64,000 bases of DNA from Clostridia bacterium. Lineage in GTDB: Bacteria; Bacillota; Clostridia; Oscillospirales; CAG-272. Both the position numbers and the translations under genes were made by a program. Where the stretch lies: the NCBI GenBank assembly GCA_017428635.1, contig JAFRQK010000008.1:1410-65409 (forward strand). Reading direction: 5' to 3'. The notes under the pieces are model-generated. The model saw nothing but the letters and a program-made list of their open reading frames with translations, was not told the DNA's origin and did not search any database. Shown in pieces: positions 51,267 through 61,018 of the stretch (positions within the stretch are counted from its first letter, which is position 1; each line of letters begins with the position of its first letter).

Positions 51267-54200
51267 TTATCTGACTTCATTACTGAAATATTCGGACACA
51301 GCGAGTGCGTACCAGAGCAAAGCAGTAACGACATTATTATGATTAACGTCGTCCGTCCCTCCGTTCAATACGTTGTAACAGTACGTAAGGGGACTGTACG
51401 TAACGGAGCCCTCCGTCGTTCCGTCCGAAACTGTCAAAGTATAATCCTCATTCATCGACTGCGGATAAATGCCGCTGATACGCGCGATCTGATAATCTCC
51501 GATCGTTTCTTTAACGACAGTAATACTATCATCGTCGCAGGAGAACGTCAGCTCGCTGTCGCTTCTGAAATAGAGCGAAAGCGTAAGAACGGTTTTCAGA
51601 GACAGCGTAACACTTTCAAACGTCGTTCCCTCGGGAAGTACCGTAGCGGAACCGTCATACGGATGGACGAGCTCCTGCAAATTATCCAAAGGAATCTGAT
51701 CGAACGTCCTGTCTTCCTCAGCCAGAATACCGTTCGCAAGATCATCCGTTCTTACTCCGAAGAACGTCTGTGCCGCTGCGCCGTAATTCAGCATCGCTTT
51801 TACAACGGGAACTGCATCCGCATACTCGGGATCATCGGCATGCGTAAGAATATACTCGGCGTACTCGACTACGGAGTATTCAAAAGCTTCGCTTGTATTC
51901 TCCCCGTCGATGAACTGAGCGGTAATCACTCCCGTCATATCCTTCGCTGATATTCCGCATCTGAAAACGAATCTGAGTCGTCCGTTGCTTATAACAAAAC
52001 GCGCGTCTCTCAGATATGCTTTCTCCGTTATGGTCCCGTTTCCGTTCGGAACGGTAAAGAGCATGTAAGCGGTCTGATAATTATCAAGAACGGAATAAGC
52101 AACGTCGGTATAGAAGTTTACTCCTATATCTCCTTCCAGACTGAGCGTACATCCGGTGATTAAGGCCGTTCTTGCAAATTCCGCGCTGACGGTAACGGCG
52201 GAGGCGGGCATCTCGAAATTGTAAGAACCGTAATACGTATGCGGCACGATCGTATGGTCTTCAACGCCGTCGTTGTAGGTCACAGAAGAAACCACGTATC
52301 CGCCGGCGGGCAATACCGTCAGGGTTACGGTCTCACCCACGTGTGCACGTTCACAATTGGCGACGACAGATCCGTTCGTTATGCCACCGTCAACGGTGAT
52401 CGGGAATCCGAGAGCGGGAATGACCACGTCGTCAGGCAGCACGGGGTTATTCCCTTCGGCGTCAAGATAATACCTTCCGCACGTGCCGCAGATATAATAG
52501 GCGACGTTTCCGTCATCGATTTCGGTCGGAGCGACTGCAGCAACCGGAGTCATAACATGAGAGCCCGGTTCACAAAGATCGCCGTATGTAACGTTAACTT
52601 CAACGTTGTCAACGTTCAACCTGAACTGATCGGTCACATTATAGTGTCTGATCGCGATATAGACGACCGGTTCACCGAGATAATCTGAAAGATCCGCCGT
52701 GAAATTCTGATAAACGTCCGCCGTAGTGTAATCGTCAGACACCTTACTCATCTCGGAGGGGACAGGTGAAGTTCCCGCGTAAATCGCGAATTTTTCACTG
52801 TAATCGCCATCGTCCTGCCCTCTCGCCCAAAGCGAGAGTTCGGCGCGCGAACAACCTGCCAGAGTGAAAGCGGGAGAAACAGCCCAGTTGTCAGGGGTTA
52901 TCGCACCGGTTCCGTTTATGTAAGACGAGGAGCTGATTATACCGACCCCTTCATACGTATAGAACCCTGCATCGATCTTCGATTCCCAATTATAACCGTC
53001 CCCGTCCGCGTCGATAAACGTCCAATCCGAGGGCTCGACCTCAAAGTACCAGCCGATCTGAGTCAGATCTCCGACGGCTTCTTCATTGTAAGTATGGGAG
53101 CATATATCACATGTATACTTTCTGACACCGTTCTGTGCTATAACTGAATACTCGCAGTCTTCAGTCTCCTGTTCGCCGCAGCGCGCACAGGTGAGAACGT
53201 GCGTATCGTCGGAAAGATATTCAGCGCTCCAGTCATGTCCGAGTGCGGAGACTTCACGCGTTTTTGTCGCGGGACAACGATAACAGGTTGAGGTCTCAAC
53301 ACCGGGTTCCGTACAACTCGGGTCCGTTGTGAGGACCCATCCCCCCCAACTGTGACCGAGAGCGGGGATCGTAAATTCGCCGCTCGTCACGGGTTCGTTT
53401 CCCGCCGCGTCCCTGAACGTTCTTCCGCAGGTATCGCACTTCCAATATGTTATACTGCTTCCGTTCTCTGTACAGGTCGCGTCAAAGGCGGAAACCTCGG
53501 TCAGGTGATGTTCTTCACAGATATCAAGGAAAGTTCCGGTGATTTCCACATCGTCGACGATCAACTGAAGTACGTCGTGAGTGTTATAGTGGCGGATAGC
53601 AATATAAACGACCGGTTCTCCGGCAAACTGAGAGAGATCCGCCGTAAACTCCTTATAATTGGAAGTAGTTACGAAATCTTCCGAGATCGGCACCATATCG
53701 TCTATGTTTTGCGAGAGACCGGCGTAAACAGCAAACTTCTCGGCATAATAATTAACGTTGGTTCCACGCGCCCAAAGAGAGACGGAAGCCACGGTACATC
53801 CGGCAAGGGAAAACGCAGGGGATACAGCCCAGTTATCGGGATCGAGCCCACCTGCCGAGTTATCCCATGAAGCGGAGAAAATCACGTAACTCCCACTGTG
53901 GGCAAGCGTGTCCGTCGAACCGCGCGCCCAGTTTTCTCCGTCTCCGTCGGTATCGTAGAATTTCCATCCAGTAACGTTCTTCTCAAAGTCCCAGATGAGA
54001 AGCGACTGTTCGCCTTCTACTTCTTCGACGAAACGGTAACCGCACTCGGTACAAACGTTTTCTTTCAGACCGTTTTCGGAATTCGAATTATAAGTACAAT
54101 CAATGGCTTCGGTTTTGCCGCAAACGCCGCAAGTGTGGGAGTGCGTTCCGTTTTCGTTCGACACACATTCTCCCCACTCGTGTCCGAGCGCGGGGATCTC

Positions 54201-55859
54201 TTGCGTCTTGGTGTTATGACATACGGAACACTCGGATGTCTCGACTCCGGGAGTTTCGCAGTCCGGAGGAGTCGTTTCGACCCAATCGCCCCAATTATGG
54301 CCTAGCGCGGGGATCTCTTGCGTCCTGGTATTATGACATGCGGAGCACTCGGAGGTCTCGACTCCGGGGGTCTCGCACCCCGGAGGGGTCGTTTCGACCC
54401 AATCGCTCCAATTATGGCCGGGCGCGGGAATCACCTGGGTCCTGGTTTCATGACATACGGAGCACTCGGAGGTCTCGACTCCGGGGGTCTCGCACCCCGG
54501 AGGGGTAGTTTCGACCCAATCGCCCCAATCGTGTCCAAGCGCGGGAGAAGTTAACAATTCACTGAGAAGAACGGGGTTTTCTCCCAATGCGTCGCTGAAA
54601 GTCCTGCCGCAAGTCGCGCACTTCCAGTAAGAGGACGTGTGACCGCCTTCGGTACACGTCGGTTCGGCGGCGGGTACCTCGACAAGAACGTGCGAGCCGC
54701 ATATTTCAGGAAACCCTCCCACGACCGTCACGTTGTCCGCAAGCAGGTAATAAGAATCTACGCGCTTATAGTGCCTGATCGCAATATATACTTCGGGTTC
54801 TCCGGCAAACCCGGAGAGATCCGCCGTATACTCTGAATAATTCGTCCCGGGGAGATAATCCTCCGAGATCAGAGTCATTGAATCCGGATCGGTAGAAACG
54901 CCCGCGTAAAGAGCAAACGTTTCCGGGTAGTTTGAACTCTCTATTTTTGCCATGACCGACAGCGACGCTTCCGAAACGCCTGCAAGAGAGAACGCCGGGG
55001 ATATCGCCCACTGGTCGACGCTGCTGCTCGAATTGTAAGTCGAACGAATACAGTAGGAACCCTCGTAGGGGCTGCCCGAGTTAACCGACCAGTTTTTGCC
55101 GTCGCCGTCGCGATCGATGAAAGCCCATCCGACCGAGCCGTTCTCAAATCCCCAGAAAGCGACGTTATATTCACCGCTGAACGCATCGGAATAAGAATAA
55201 CCGCATTCGTTACAGGAATACTTTGCAACGCCGTTTTCAACCACGGTTTCAAATACGCAGGGGACGGATTCAATCGCTCCGCACCTTCCGCACGTGAGCG
55301 TATGCGTCCCGTCGCCGCCTGATACGCCCGCGCTCCACGAATGACCGAGTGCGGGAACTTCGCGCGTCTGTTCGGCGCCGCAGATACAAGTCTGGGTTTC
55401 AATACCCGTTTCGGTACAGGACGGCGAAGTCGTTTCCACCCAGGCGCCCCAGGAGTGAATCTGTTCAAGATGAACGGTGAACGTCCCCGTGTTACCCGAG
55501 TTGTACAATCTGACGCCGACATAATATGTTTGCCCCTCAGAAAGGACGGACTCGATGCGGAATTGTCCGTTCCCCGCGCCGTCGTCATTCCGCGTTATTT
55601 CGTTTCCTTCGCTGTCATAAAGATAGCCGTACGTATCCGACGACCCGGAAGAATACACGGCGAATTTACAGTTGACGTCCGGCGTATAGGTGTAATACAC
55701 GTACGCGCCGCCAGTGTCGATACTTCCTTCCGCCGGAACGCCCGGCACAAGCACGACGGCATTCTCCATCTCTTCGTTTGTGATGGCCGCAGCGTGAGTC
55801 GCCGACACACCTGTCAACAAAACGAACACAAGCAGAATTGAAATCAAGCGATTCTTCAT
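51267..55859 (-). CDS. Large secreted adhesin-like protein (1530 aa)
   Basis: Signal peptide MKNRLISILLVFVLLTGVSATHAAA. PPC-like N-terminal domain. Four modules with W-x-F-x..DxDGDGxxW..ISPAF(S/T)LAG..YIAIRHY, resembling choice-of-anchor-J/cleaved-adhesin domains. Several 39-aa GHxW/Cys3 modules. Start at ATG 55859 (GGAGGG RBS); the listed 55937 start lies upstream of the promoter. Confidence 0.9.
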   Translation of the reverse strand: MKNRLISILLVFVLLTGVSATHAAAITNEEMENAVVLVPGVPAEGSIDTGGAYVYYTYTPDVNCKFAVYSSGSSDTYGYLYDSEGNEITRNDDGAGNGQFRIESVLSEGQTYYVGVRLYNSGNTGTFTVHLEQIHSWGAWVETTSPSCTETGIETQTCICGAEQTREVPALGHSWSAGVSGGDGTHTLTCGRCGAIESVPCVFETVVENGVAKYSCNECGYSYSDAFSGEYNVAFWGFENGSVGWAFIDRDGDGKNWSVNSGSPYEGSYCIRSTYNSSSSVDQWAISPAFSLAGVSEASLSVMAKIESSNYPETFALYAGVSTDPDSMTLISEDYLPGTNYSEYTADLSGFAGEPEVYIAIRHYKRVDSYYLLADNVTVVGGFPEICGSHVLVEVPAAEPTCTEGGHTSSYWKCATCGRTFSDALGENPVLLSELLTSPALGHDWGDWVETTPPGCETPGVETSECSVCHETRTQVIPAPGHNWSDWVETTPPGCETPGVETSECSACHNTRTQEIPALGHNWGDWVETTPPDCETPGVETSECSVCHNTKTQEIPALGHEWGECVSNENGTHSHTCGVCGKTEAIDCTYNSNSENGLKENVCTECGYRFVEEVEGEQSLLIWDFEKNVTGWKFYDTDGDGENWARGSTDTLAHSGSYVIFSASWDNSAGGLDPDNWAVSPAFSLAGCTVASVSLWARGTNVNYYAEKFAVYAGLSQNIDDMVPISEDFVTTSNYKEFTADLSQFAGEPVVYIAIRHYNTHDVLQLIVDDVEITGTFLDICEEHHLTEVSAFDATCTENGSSITYWKCDTCGRTFRDAAGNEPVTSGEFTIPALGHSWGGWVLTTDPSCTEPGVETSTCYRCPATKTREVSALGHDWSAEYLSDDTHVLTCARCGEQETEDCEYSVIAQNGVRKYTCDICSHTYNEEAVGDLTQIGWYFEVEPSDWTFIDADGDGYNWESKIDAGFYTYEGVGIISSSSYINGTGAITPDNWAVSPAFTLAGCSRAELSLWARGQDDGDYSEKFAIYAGTSPVPSEMSKVSDDYTTADVYQNFTADLSDYLGEPVVYIAIRHYNVTDQFRLNVDNVEVNVTYGDLCEPGSHVMTPVAAVAPTEIDDGNVAYYICGTCGRYYLDAEGNNPVLPDDVVIPALGFPITVDGGITNGSVVANCERAHVGETVTLTVLPAGGYVVSSVTYNDGVEDHTIVPHTYYGSYNFEMPASAVTVSAEFARTALITGCTLSLEGDIGVNFYTDVAYSVLDNYQTAYMLFTVPNGNGTITEKAYLRDARFVISNGRLRFVFRCGISAKDMTGVITAQFIDGENTSEAFEYSVVEYAEYILTHADDPEYADAVPVVKAMLNYGAAAQTFFGVRTDDLANGILAEEDRTFDQIPLDNLQELVHPYDGSATVLPEGTTFESVTLSLKTVLTLSLYFRSDSELTFSCDDDSITVVKETIGDYQIARISGIYPQSMNEDYTLTVSDGTTEGSVTYSPLTYCYNVLNGGTDDVNHNNVVTALLWYALAVSEYFSNEVR
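54188..54539 (-). repeat. Three tandem 117-nt (39-codon) in-frame repeats
   Basis: Unit boundaries are at 54188, 54305, 54422 and 54539. Each unit encodes GH(D/N)W(G/S)DWVETTPP(G/D)CETPGVETSECS(V/A)CH(E/N)T(R/K)TQ(V/E)IPA(P/L). Confidence 0.9.
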
Positions 55860-55905
55860 TTTAAACCCTCCACAAAAAATACAAAGGGGAAATATTCCAT
55901 ATAAT

Positions 55906-55934
55906 AATATATCACATTGAGTTTCTTGTTTCAA
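55906..55934 (-). promoter_or_regulatory. Sigma-A promoter (TTGAAA, 17 nt, TGaTATATT) of the 1530-aa gene
   Basis: On the minus strand, -35 is at 55934-55929 and -10 at 55911-55906. Confidence 0.55.
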
Positions 55935-55974
55935 CACTTTTTAATATTTTTTCCCCAGGCCACCTTTACGATTG

Positions 55975-56003
55975 TTGCAAATTATACGAACTGATGATAT
56001 AAT
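55975..56003 (+). promoter_or_regulatory. Sigma-A promoter (TTGCAA, 17 nt, TGaTATAAT)
   Basis: Divergent from the previous promoter, upstream of the lipoprotein gene. Confidence 0.55.
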
Positions 56004-56037
56004 TCTGCTAAGATAACTTGGAAGGATGCGTTAACAC

Positions 56038-56472
56038 ATGAAAAAAGCAATTTCATTGTTTTTTGTACTGGTAATCATATCCGTCTTTTTTACCTCTTGC
56101 GGAGGCAACTCTGCAGTCGGAACGTACACGCTGGAAACGATCGGCGGAAAGACTCCTTTCGACTGGATAAAGGATTCAATAGAAGGGGACGACGACTCGA
56201 CAGAGGGTTTGCTCGAACTGTTCGGAGTCACAAAAGACGGCCTGAACGAGAGGTTTTACGTTCTGACACTCGAGGATGGCGGGAAAGCGTCAGTTTACAG
56301 CGAATACGCCGTTATGTACGCCGGGATCGCCGAAAGCGAGGGTGTCTGGACGCTCGACGGCGACGTCCTTACGGTCACCATTGACGGAGAAGACGTGATC
56401 ATGACATTCAAAGACGGCGTGCTCACACACAATTTCAACGGATCGGAAGGCGTTTTCAAAAAAACGGACTGA
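56038..56472 (+). CDS. Small lipoprotein, function unknown
   Basis: Lipobox FFTSCGG after a hydrophobic signal. 144 aa. Confidence 0.6.
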   Translation: MKKAISLFFVLVIISVFFTSCGGNSAVGTYTLETIGGKTPFDWIKDSIEGDDDSTEGLLELFGVTKDGLNERFYVLTLEDGGKASVYSEYAVMYAGIAESEGVWTLDGDVLTVTIDGEDVIMTFKDGVLTHNFNGSEGVFKKTD

Positions 56473-56502
56473 TAAAATAAAAGACCTGAAACAGGAGGCT
56501 GA

Positions 56503-57546
56503 ATGAAACTAACGAGATTTGTCAGCGCTTTGCTCATCCTTGTAATCGTTCTGTTACCTGCCGCGGTTTGCGTTCAGGCGGCATTTAATCCGAACGAAGT
56601 CTATTCTTCCATGGTCGCCATGAAGTCCAAATATCCCGAGGGGATGAATTGGGACAATTCAAACGAATATGCATGGAACGGCGGGATCTTTGCGGTCGGC
56701 TTCGGGTGCGCCGGATTCGCTTTCATACTCTCCGACGCCGCGTTCGGGGACCTTCCAGCCAGAATGTTGACCGATTTTTCTTACGGCGACGTCCGCGTCG
56801 GCGACATTGTGCGGATCAACGGCAACACACACAGTGTGATAGTGCTTGAAAAACACACGGACCACGTGATCATCGCAGAGGGTAATTTCAATCACTCGAT
56901 CCACTGGGGGCGGAAACTTTCCCGCTCCGTCATAGAATCCGGGACTTACGTTTTGACCCGTTATCCCGAGGGCGTTGATACTGATCCGCCGAAGCCGGTC
57001 GAGACCGTCAAGCCATTCACCGACGTACCCGTAACGCAATTCTATGCCGACGCGGTCAGGTGGGCTGTGGATGAAAACATCACGAAAGGGACGTCGGCGA
57101 CTAAGTTCTCTCCGAACGGCGGATGTACACGCGGTCAGGTCGTCACTTTCCTCTGGCGCGCTTTAGGCTGCCCGAAAGCGGAAAAACAGACAAATCCGTT
57201 CAACGACGTGCCGTCCGGAAGCTATTACTATGACGCGGTCCTTTGGGCCGTGGAAAACGGTGTCACCGAAGGAACTTCCAAAACCTCCTTCTCCCCGGAT
57301 CTCACGTGTACCAGAGCCCAGATCGTGACGTTTCTCTGGCGGACGGACGGCGCGCGCGAACCGGATTCCGAAGGGATCGGCTCCTTTACCGACGTTATTC
57401 CCGGTTCCTACTATTTTTCAGCCGTGTCATGGGCGGTGCTCGAAAAAATCACCGAAGGTACCTCAAAAACGGCCTTTTCGCCGGGAAGTACGTGTACCCG
57501 CGGTCAGGTCGTCACTTTCCTGTTCCGTTATAAAGCGGAAAAATAA
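56503..57546 (+). CDS. SLH-domain protein with N-terminal NlpC/P60-like (papain-fold) domain
   Basis: Signal peptide. Cys in GFGCAGFAF, GDIVRINGNTHSVIV (Cys..His arrangement like NlpC/P60 or CHAP). Three SLH repeats (FTDVPVTQFY.., FNDVPSGSYY.., FTDVIPGSYY..). Confidence 0.7.
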   Translation: MKLTRFVSALLILVIVLLPAAVCVQAAFNPNEVYSSMVAMKSKYPEGMNWDNSNEYAWNGGIFAVGFGCAGFAFILSDAAFGDLPARMLTDFSYGDVRVGDIVRINGNTHSVIVLEKHTDHVIIAEGNFNHSIHWGRKLSRSVIESGTYVLTRYPEGVDTDPPKPVETVKPFTDVPVTQFYADAVRWAVDENITKGTSATKFSPNGGCTRGQVVTFLWRALGCPKAEKQTNPFNDVPSGSYYYDAVLWAVENGVTEGTSKTSFSPDLTCTRAQIVTFLWRTDGAREPDSEGIGSFTDVIPGSYYFSAVSWAVLEKITEGTSKTAFSPGSTCTRGQVVTFLFRYKAEK

Positions 57547-57606
57547 ACGGATTATTGAATTTGAAATTCTGTTTTTCTTTATTTCAATACAGGAGAATCT
57601 GTTTTA

Positions 57607-58368
57607 ATGAACGTAAAAAGCTTTTTCGCCCGGATCGGTCTTCCGGAAGATACCGAGATCAGCGCGTCTTATGAGTTCTTGAAGGACGTTCAGTACAACG
57701 CCGTGCTGAAAATAGCATACGAAAACATCGAGATCCTCGAGGGCAAGCCTCTTTCTCTCGACGCAGATTCCCTTTTCGACAAGATCGTGACGAGAGGAAT
57801 GGGCGGGTACTGCTTTGAGGTCAACGGCCTGCTCTCCCGCTTTTTCAAAGACTGCGGACTTGAGGTCACGGACTATTTTGCGAGATATCTTCGCGGCGAG
57901 GCGGAGATCCCGATGAGACGTCACCGCGTCATGTCGGTCAAAACGCCCGACGGCAGTTATTTCTGCGATATAGGCGTCGGTCAGCCCGCGCCTCGTTATC
58001 CCCTTTTGATGAAGGAAGGGTTCGTGCAGGAACAGTTCGGCGAAACGTATAAGTTCGAGCGCGACCCGGATCTCGGCTGGGTGCTTTACGATCTTCACAA
58101 AGGATCATGGCGCGAATTCATCTCGTTTACCGAAGACCGCGTTTACGAGGTCGACTTTATTCAACCGTCCGTTTTCTGCGAACTTCATCCGTCATCCCCT
58201 TTCAACAAGGTCCCGATGATCGCCATTAAGACGCCCGACGGCAGAAAGACGATCGACGATCGCCTTTACAAGGTCTTCGTCGGCGACGACGTCGTTTATG
58301 CCGAGGACGGCATCTCTCCCGAAAGATACCGCGATCTTCTGAGAACAGAATTCCATCTCAACGTCTGA
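57607..58368 (+). CDS. Arylamine N-acetyltransferase (NAT family)
   Basis: Catalytic Cys motif GMGGYCFEVNGLL. Length of 253 aa is typical of the family. Confidence 0.8.
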   Translation: MNVKSFFARIGLPEDTEISASYEFLKDVQYNAVLKIAYENIEILEGKPLSLDADSLFDKIVTRGMGGYCFEVNGLLSRFFKDCGLEVTDYFARYLRGEAEIPMRRHRVMSVKTPDGSYFCDIGVGQPAPRYPLLMKEGFVQEQFGETYKFERDPDLGWVLYDLHKGSWREFISFTEDRVYEVDFIQPSVFCELHPSSPFNKVPMIAIKTPDGRKTIDDRLYKVFVGDDVVYAEDGISPERYRDLLRTEFHLNV

Positions 58369-58379
58369 GAGGCTGAGTT

Positions 58380-59798
58380 ATGCTTTTTTCGAGCAGTACC
58401 TTCCTTCTTTTCTTTCTCCCCGCTCTGTTCATTCTCTATTACGTTTTCCCTAAAAAACTGATATACGTGAGAAATCTGATCCTGTTGTCATTCAGCATCG
58501 TTTTCTACGCCTTCGGCGGGGTCAGGTTCCTCTTTCTTTTGCTTGCTTCGATACTGGTCAATTATCTCGGCGGCCTCGGATGCGGTCTTGCCCCGAAAAA
58601 AAGCGTTAAAAAACTGTTTCTCGTTCTCGCGGTCGCCGTAAATCTCGGACTGCTCGCGTATTTCAAGTACGCAGGCTTTTTCACGGAAACTCTCGCCTTT
58701 ACGGGGATACCTATCCTTAAGGTCACTCTTCCGATAGGTATCTCCTTCTTCACTTTCCAGGGAATGAGTTACGTCATAGACGTTTACCGGGGCGACGCGG
58801 GTATGCAGCCCGACCCTCTCAAGGTCGCACTTTACGTTTCCCTGTTCCCGCAGCTTGTGGCCGGTCCCATCGTTCGTTACTCAACCGTCGAAAAAGAGAT
58901 CTCCGCACGTTCCGCGACAATTGCCGACGTCTCGCGGGGACTCACAAGATTCATTCTCGGTTTCGGCAAAAAAATGCTCCTTGCAAATACTATGGGCGCC
59001 GTCGCAGACAGAGTTTTCGGCCTTACGGGAAGCGAACTTCTCAGCACTCCGCTCGCATGGGTCGGCGCGATCGCGTACACCCTTCAGATTTATCTCGATT
59101 TTTCCGCCTACTCGGACATGGCGATCGGAATGGGCAGAATGCTCGGGTTCCATTTCCTTGAGAATTTCGACTATCCGTACACCGCTTCTTCCGTGACCGA
59201 TTTCTGGCGCAGATGGCATATTTCCCTTTCGACCTGGTTCAGGGATTACGTCTATATCCCTCTGGGCGGGAACAGACGCGGGACCGGGAGGCAGATATTC
59301 AATCTCGCAGTCGTCTGGGCACTGACGGGTCTATGGCACGGAGCGAACTGGACTTTTATCGTCTGGGGTGTTTATTTCGGAGTTATCCTGATAATTGAAA
59401 AATTCGTTCTCGGAGGTCTGCTCAAAAAGATCCCCGCGTTTTTCGGTCATCTCTTTACCCTTTTCGTCGTCGTAATAAGCTGGGTGATCTTCAGAAGCGA
59501 CAGCATTTCGGATGCGATCCGCTATATCGGCGCAATGTTCGGCGCGGGCGGTCGGGACGTGAGAGAATCGGTTTATTACCTGATCGAATATCTACCCGAA
59601 TTCATTCTTTGTATCGTCGCCTGCCTCCCCGTCAAGAGAAAGATCGAAGTTCTGCTTGAGAAAAGGGTCGACAAAAGCGGGTTGGCGCGAGCCGCGCTCG
59701 AGATCGGGCCCAAGGTTTTCGCCTTTCTGGTCTTCGTTCTCTCGTATCTTAAACTTGCCACGGGAAGTTTCAACCCGTTCATTTATTTCCAGTTTTGA
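58380..59798 (+). CDS. MBOAT-family membrane O-acyltransferase (AlgI/DltB/PatA-like)
   Basis: 472 aa, multi-TM. Motifs FWRRWHISLSTWFRDYVYIPLGGNR with the conserved His. Confidence 0.85.
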   Translation: MLFSSSTFLLFFLPALFILYYVFPKKLIYVRNLILLSFSIVFYAFGGVRFLFLLLASILVNYLGGLGCGLAPKKSVKKLFLVLAVAVNLGLLAYFKYAGFFTETLAFTGIPILKVTLPIGISFFTFQGMSYVIDVYRGDAGMQPDPLKVALYVSLFPQLVAGPIVRYSTVEKEISARSATIADVSRGLTRFILGFGKKMLLANTMGAVADRVFGLTGSELLSTPLAWVGAIAYTLQIYLDFSAYSDMAIGMGRMLGFHFLENFDYPYTASSVTDFWRRWHISLSTWFRDYVYIPLGGNRRGTGRQIFNLAVVWALTGLWHGANWTFIVWGVYFGVILIIEKFVLGGLLKKIPAFFGHLFTLFVVVISWVIFRSDSISDAIRYIGAMFGAGGRDVRESVYYLIEYLPEFILCIVACLPVKRKIEVLLEKRVDKSGLARAALEIGPKVFAFLVFVLSYLKLATGSFNPFIYFQF

Positions 59799-59810
59799 GG
59801 GGGTGAGCGA

Positions 59811-61007
59811 ATGAAAAGATCCAAAGCGTGGTCTGCCCTCGACGGCGCGTTCGTCATCATCTTTTTCGCGGCGCTCTGCCTCGTCGCCATCCTCACCGTC
59901 GTCAGACCGAAGGCGCAGTATTCGTTCTTTGAGAACCGCAACCTCGCCTCGTTTCCGGAGTTGAAAGGCGAAACCGTTCTTGACGGAACGTATTTCAAAG
60001 ATCTCGATACGTATATACAGGATCATGCGGCAGGACGGGAAACGTGCCTCAAAGCCGATACCTTCATCGATCTTTACGTGCTGCGCCGACCCGTCGTCAA
60101 CGACAGGATCGTCGTTGCGGGCGACGTGCTTCTCCCGTATAAGGAGTTCTCTTCGTTCGACTCCGCGGCGATCGAAGCGGGAGCAGAAGCGGTATCGGAT
60201 AATCTGCTCCGCCACTCCGAGCAGACGCGGGCATACGGCGGAGAATTCTATTTTGTCGCCGTTCCGTGCCAATACGTGTGCTATGAGGACAGTTATCCGT
60301 GGTATCTCAACAACTTATCCGATTATACCGACGCTTCCTCATCCGCTCTGTTCGCAAAGCTCGACGAAAAAGGCGTAAAATACGTCGACATGAAAAAAGT
60401 CGCCTCGGAATCCGGTACGCTCGGCGAGTTTTCCTCTAAAGTTGACAATCACTTCGGGATCGAAGGAGCGTATCAGACGTACCGCGCTATCATGGACAGG
60501 ATCAAAGAGGACGGCGGACCCGCCGATCTTGTCCTCGGCGACGGGGACTACGTGCTTGAATACCTCCCCAACAAATACCTCGGTTCGCGCGGGAGGCAGC
60601 TGTTCGGGCTTTGGAAAGGCGATGAAAAACTCGGTGTCATCTACCCGAAAGAGAACGTTCCGTTCGAGCGTTACGACAACGACAACGTCTTCCCTCTCAC
60701 AACGGTTTATTCGGTTCCCGAAGAAAACGAAGAGGCGCTTTACAGCCTGTATATGGCGGGCGATATCGGGAGGACCGAGATACGGACGGGGCGTGAAGAT
60801 CTTCCGAACGTCCTGATCTACGGCGACAGTTTTACGAACGCCGTGGAATCCATAGTGTGGTACAGTTTCAACACGACTTTCACGGTCGATTTCCGCCACT
60901 ATAAAGACAAAACGCTTTCCGAACTGATCGAAGAACGCAAGCCCGACGTCGTCATCTGCATTAGAGATTACGAAGCGTTCCTAACCGCTTTCGACAACGG
61001 GCAATAA
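59811..61007 (+). CDS. AlgX/AlgJ/PatB-like (DHHW-family) extracytoplasmic protein
   Basis: N-terminal TM anchor. DNHF at the position of the DHHW motif (KVDNHFGIEGAY). GDSF motif near the C-terminus. Usual partner position after an MBOAT gene. Confidence 0.55.
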   Translation: MKRSKAWSALDGAFVIIFFAALCLVAILTVVRPKAQYSFFENRNLASFPELKGETVLDGTYFKDLDTYIQDHAAGRETCLKADTFIDLYVLRRPVVNDRIVVAGDVLLPYKEFSSFDSAAIEAGAEAVSDNLLRHSEQTRAYGGEFYFVAVPCQYVCYEDSYPWYLNNLSDYTDASSSALFAKLDEKGVKYVDMKKVASESGTLGEFSSKVDNHFGIEGAYQTYRAIMDRIKEDGGPADLVLGDGDYVLEYLPNKYLGSRGRQLFGLWKGDEKLGVIYPKENVPFERYDNDNVFPLTTVYSVPEENEEALYSLYMAGDIGRTEIRTGREDLPNVLIYGDSFTNAVESIVWYSFNTTFTVDFRHYKDKTLSELIEERKPDVVICIRDYEAFLTAFDNGQ

Positions 61008-61018
61008 ACTCTAATTAA

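Noticed and set aside
54188-54539. Regular 117-nt tandem repeats that could be mistaken for a CRISPR-like or satellite array
   Set aside because: The repeats are contiguous with no spacers, in frame, and encode a conserved 39-aa module inside a long ORF.
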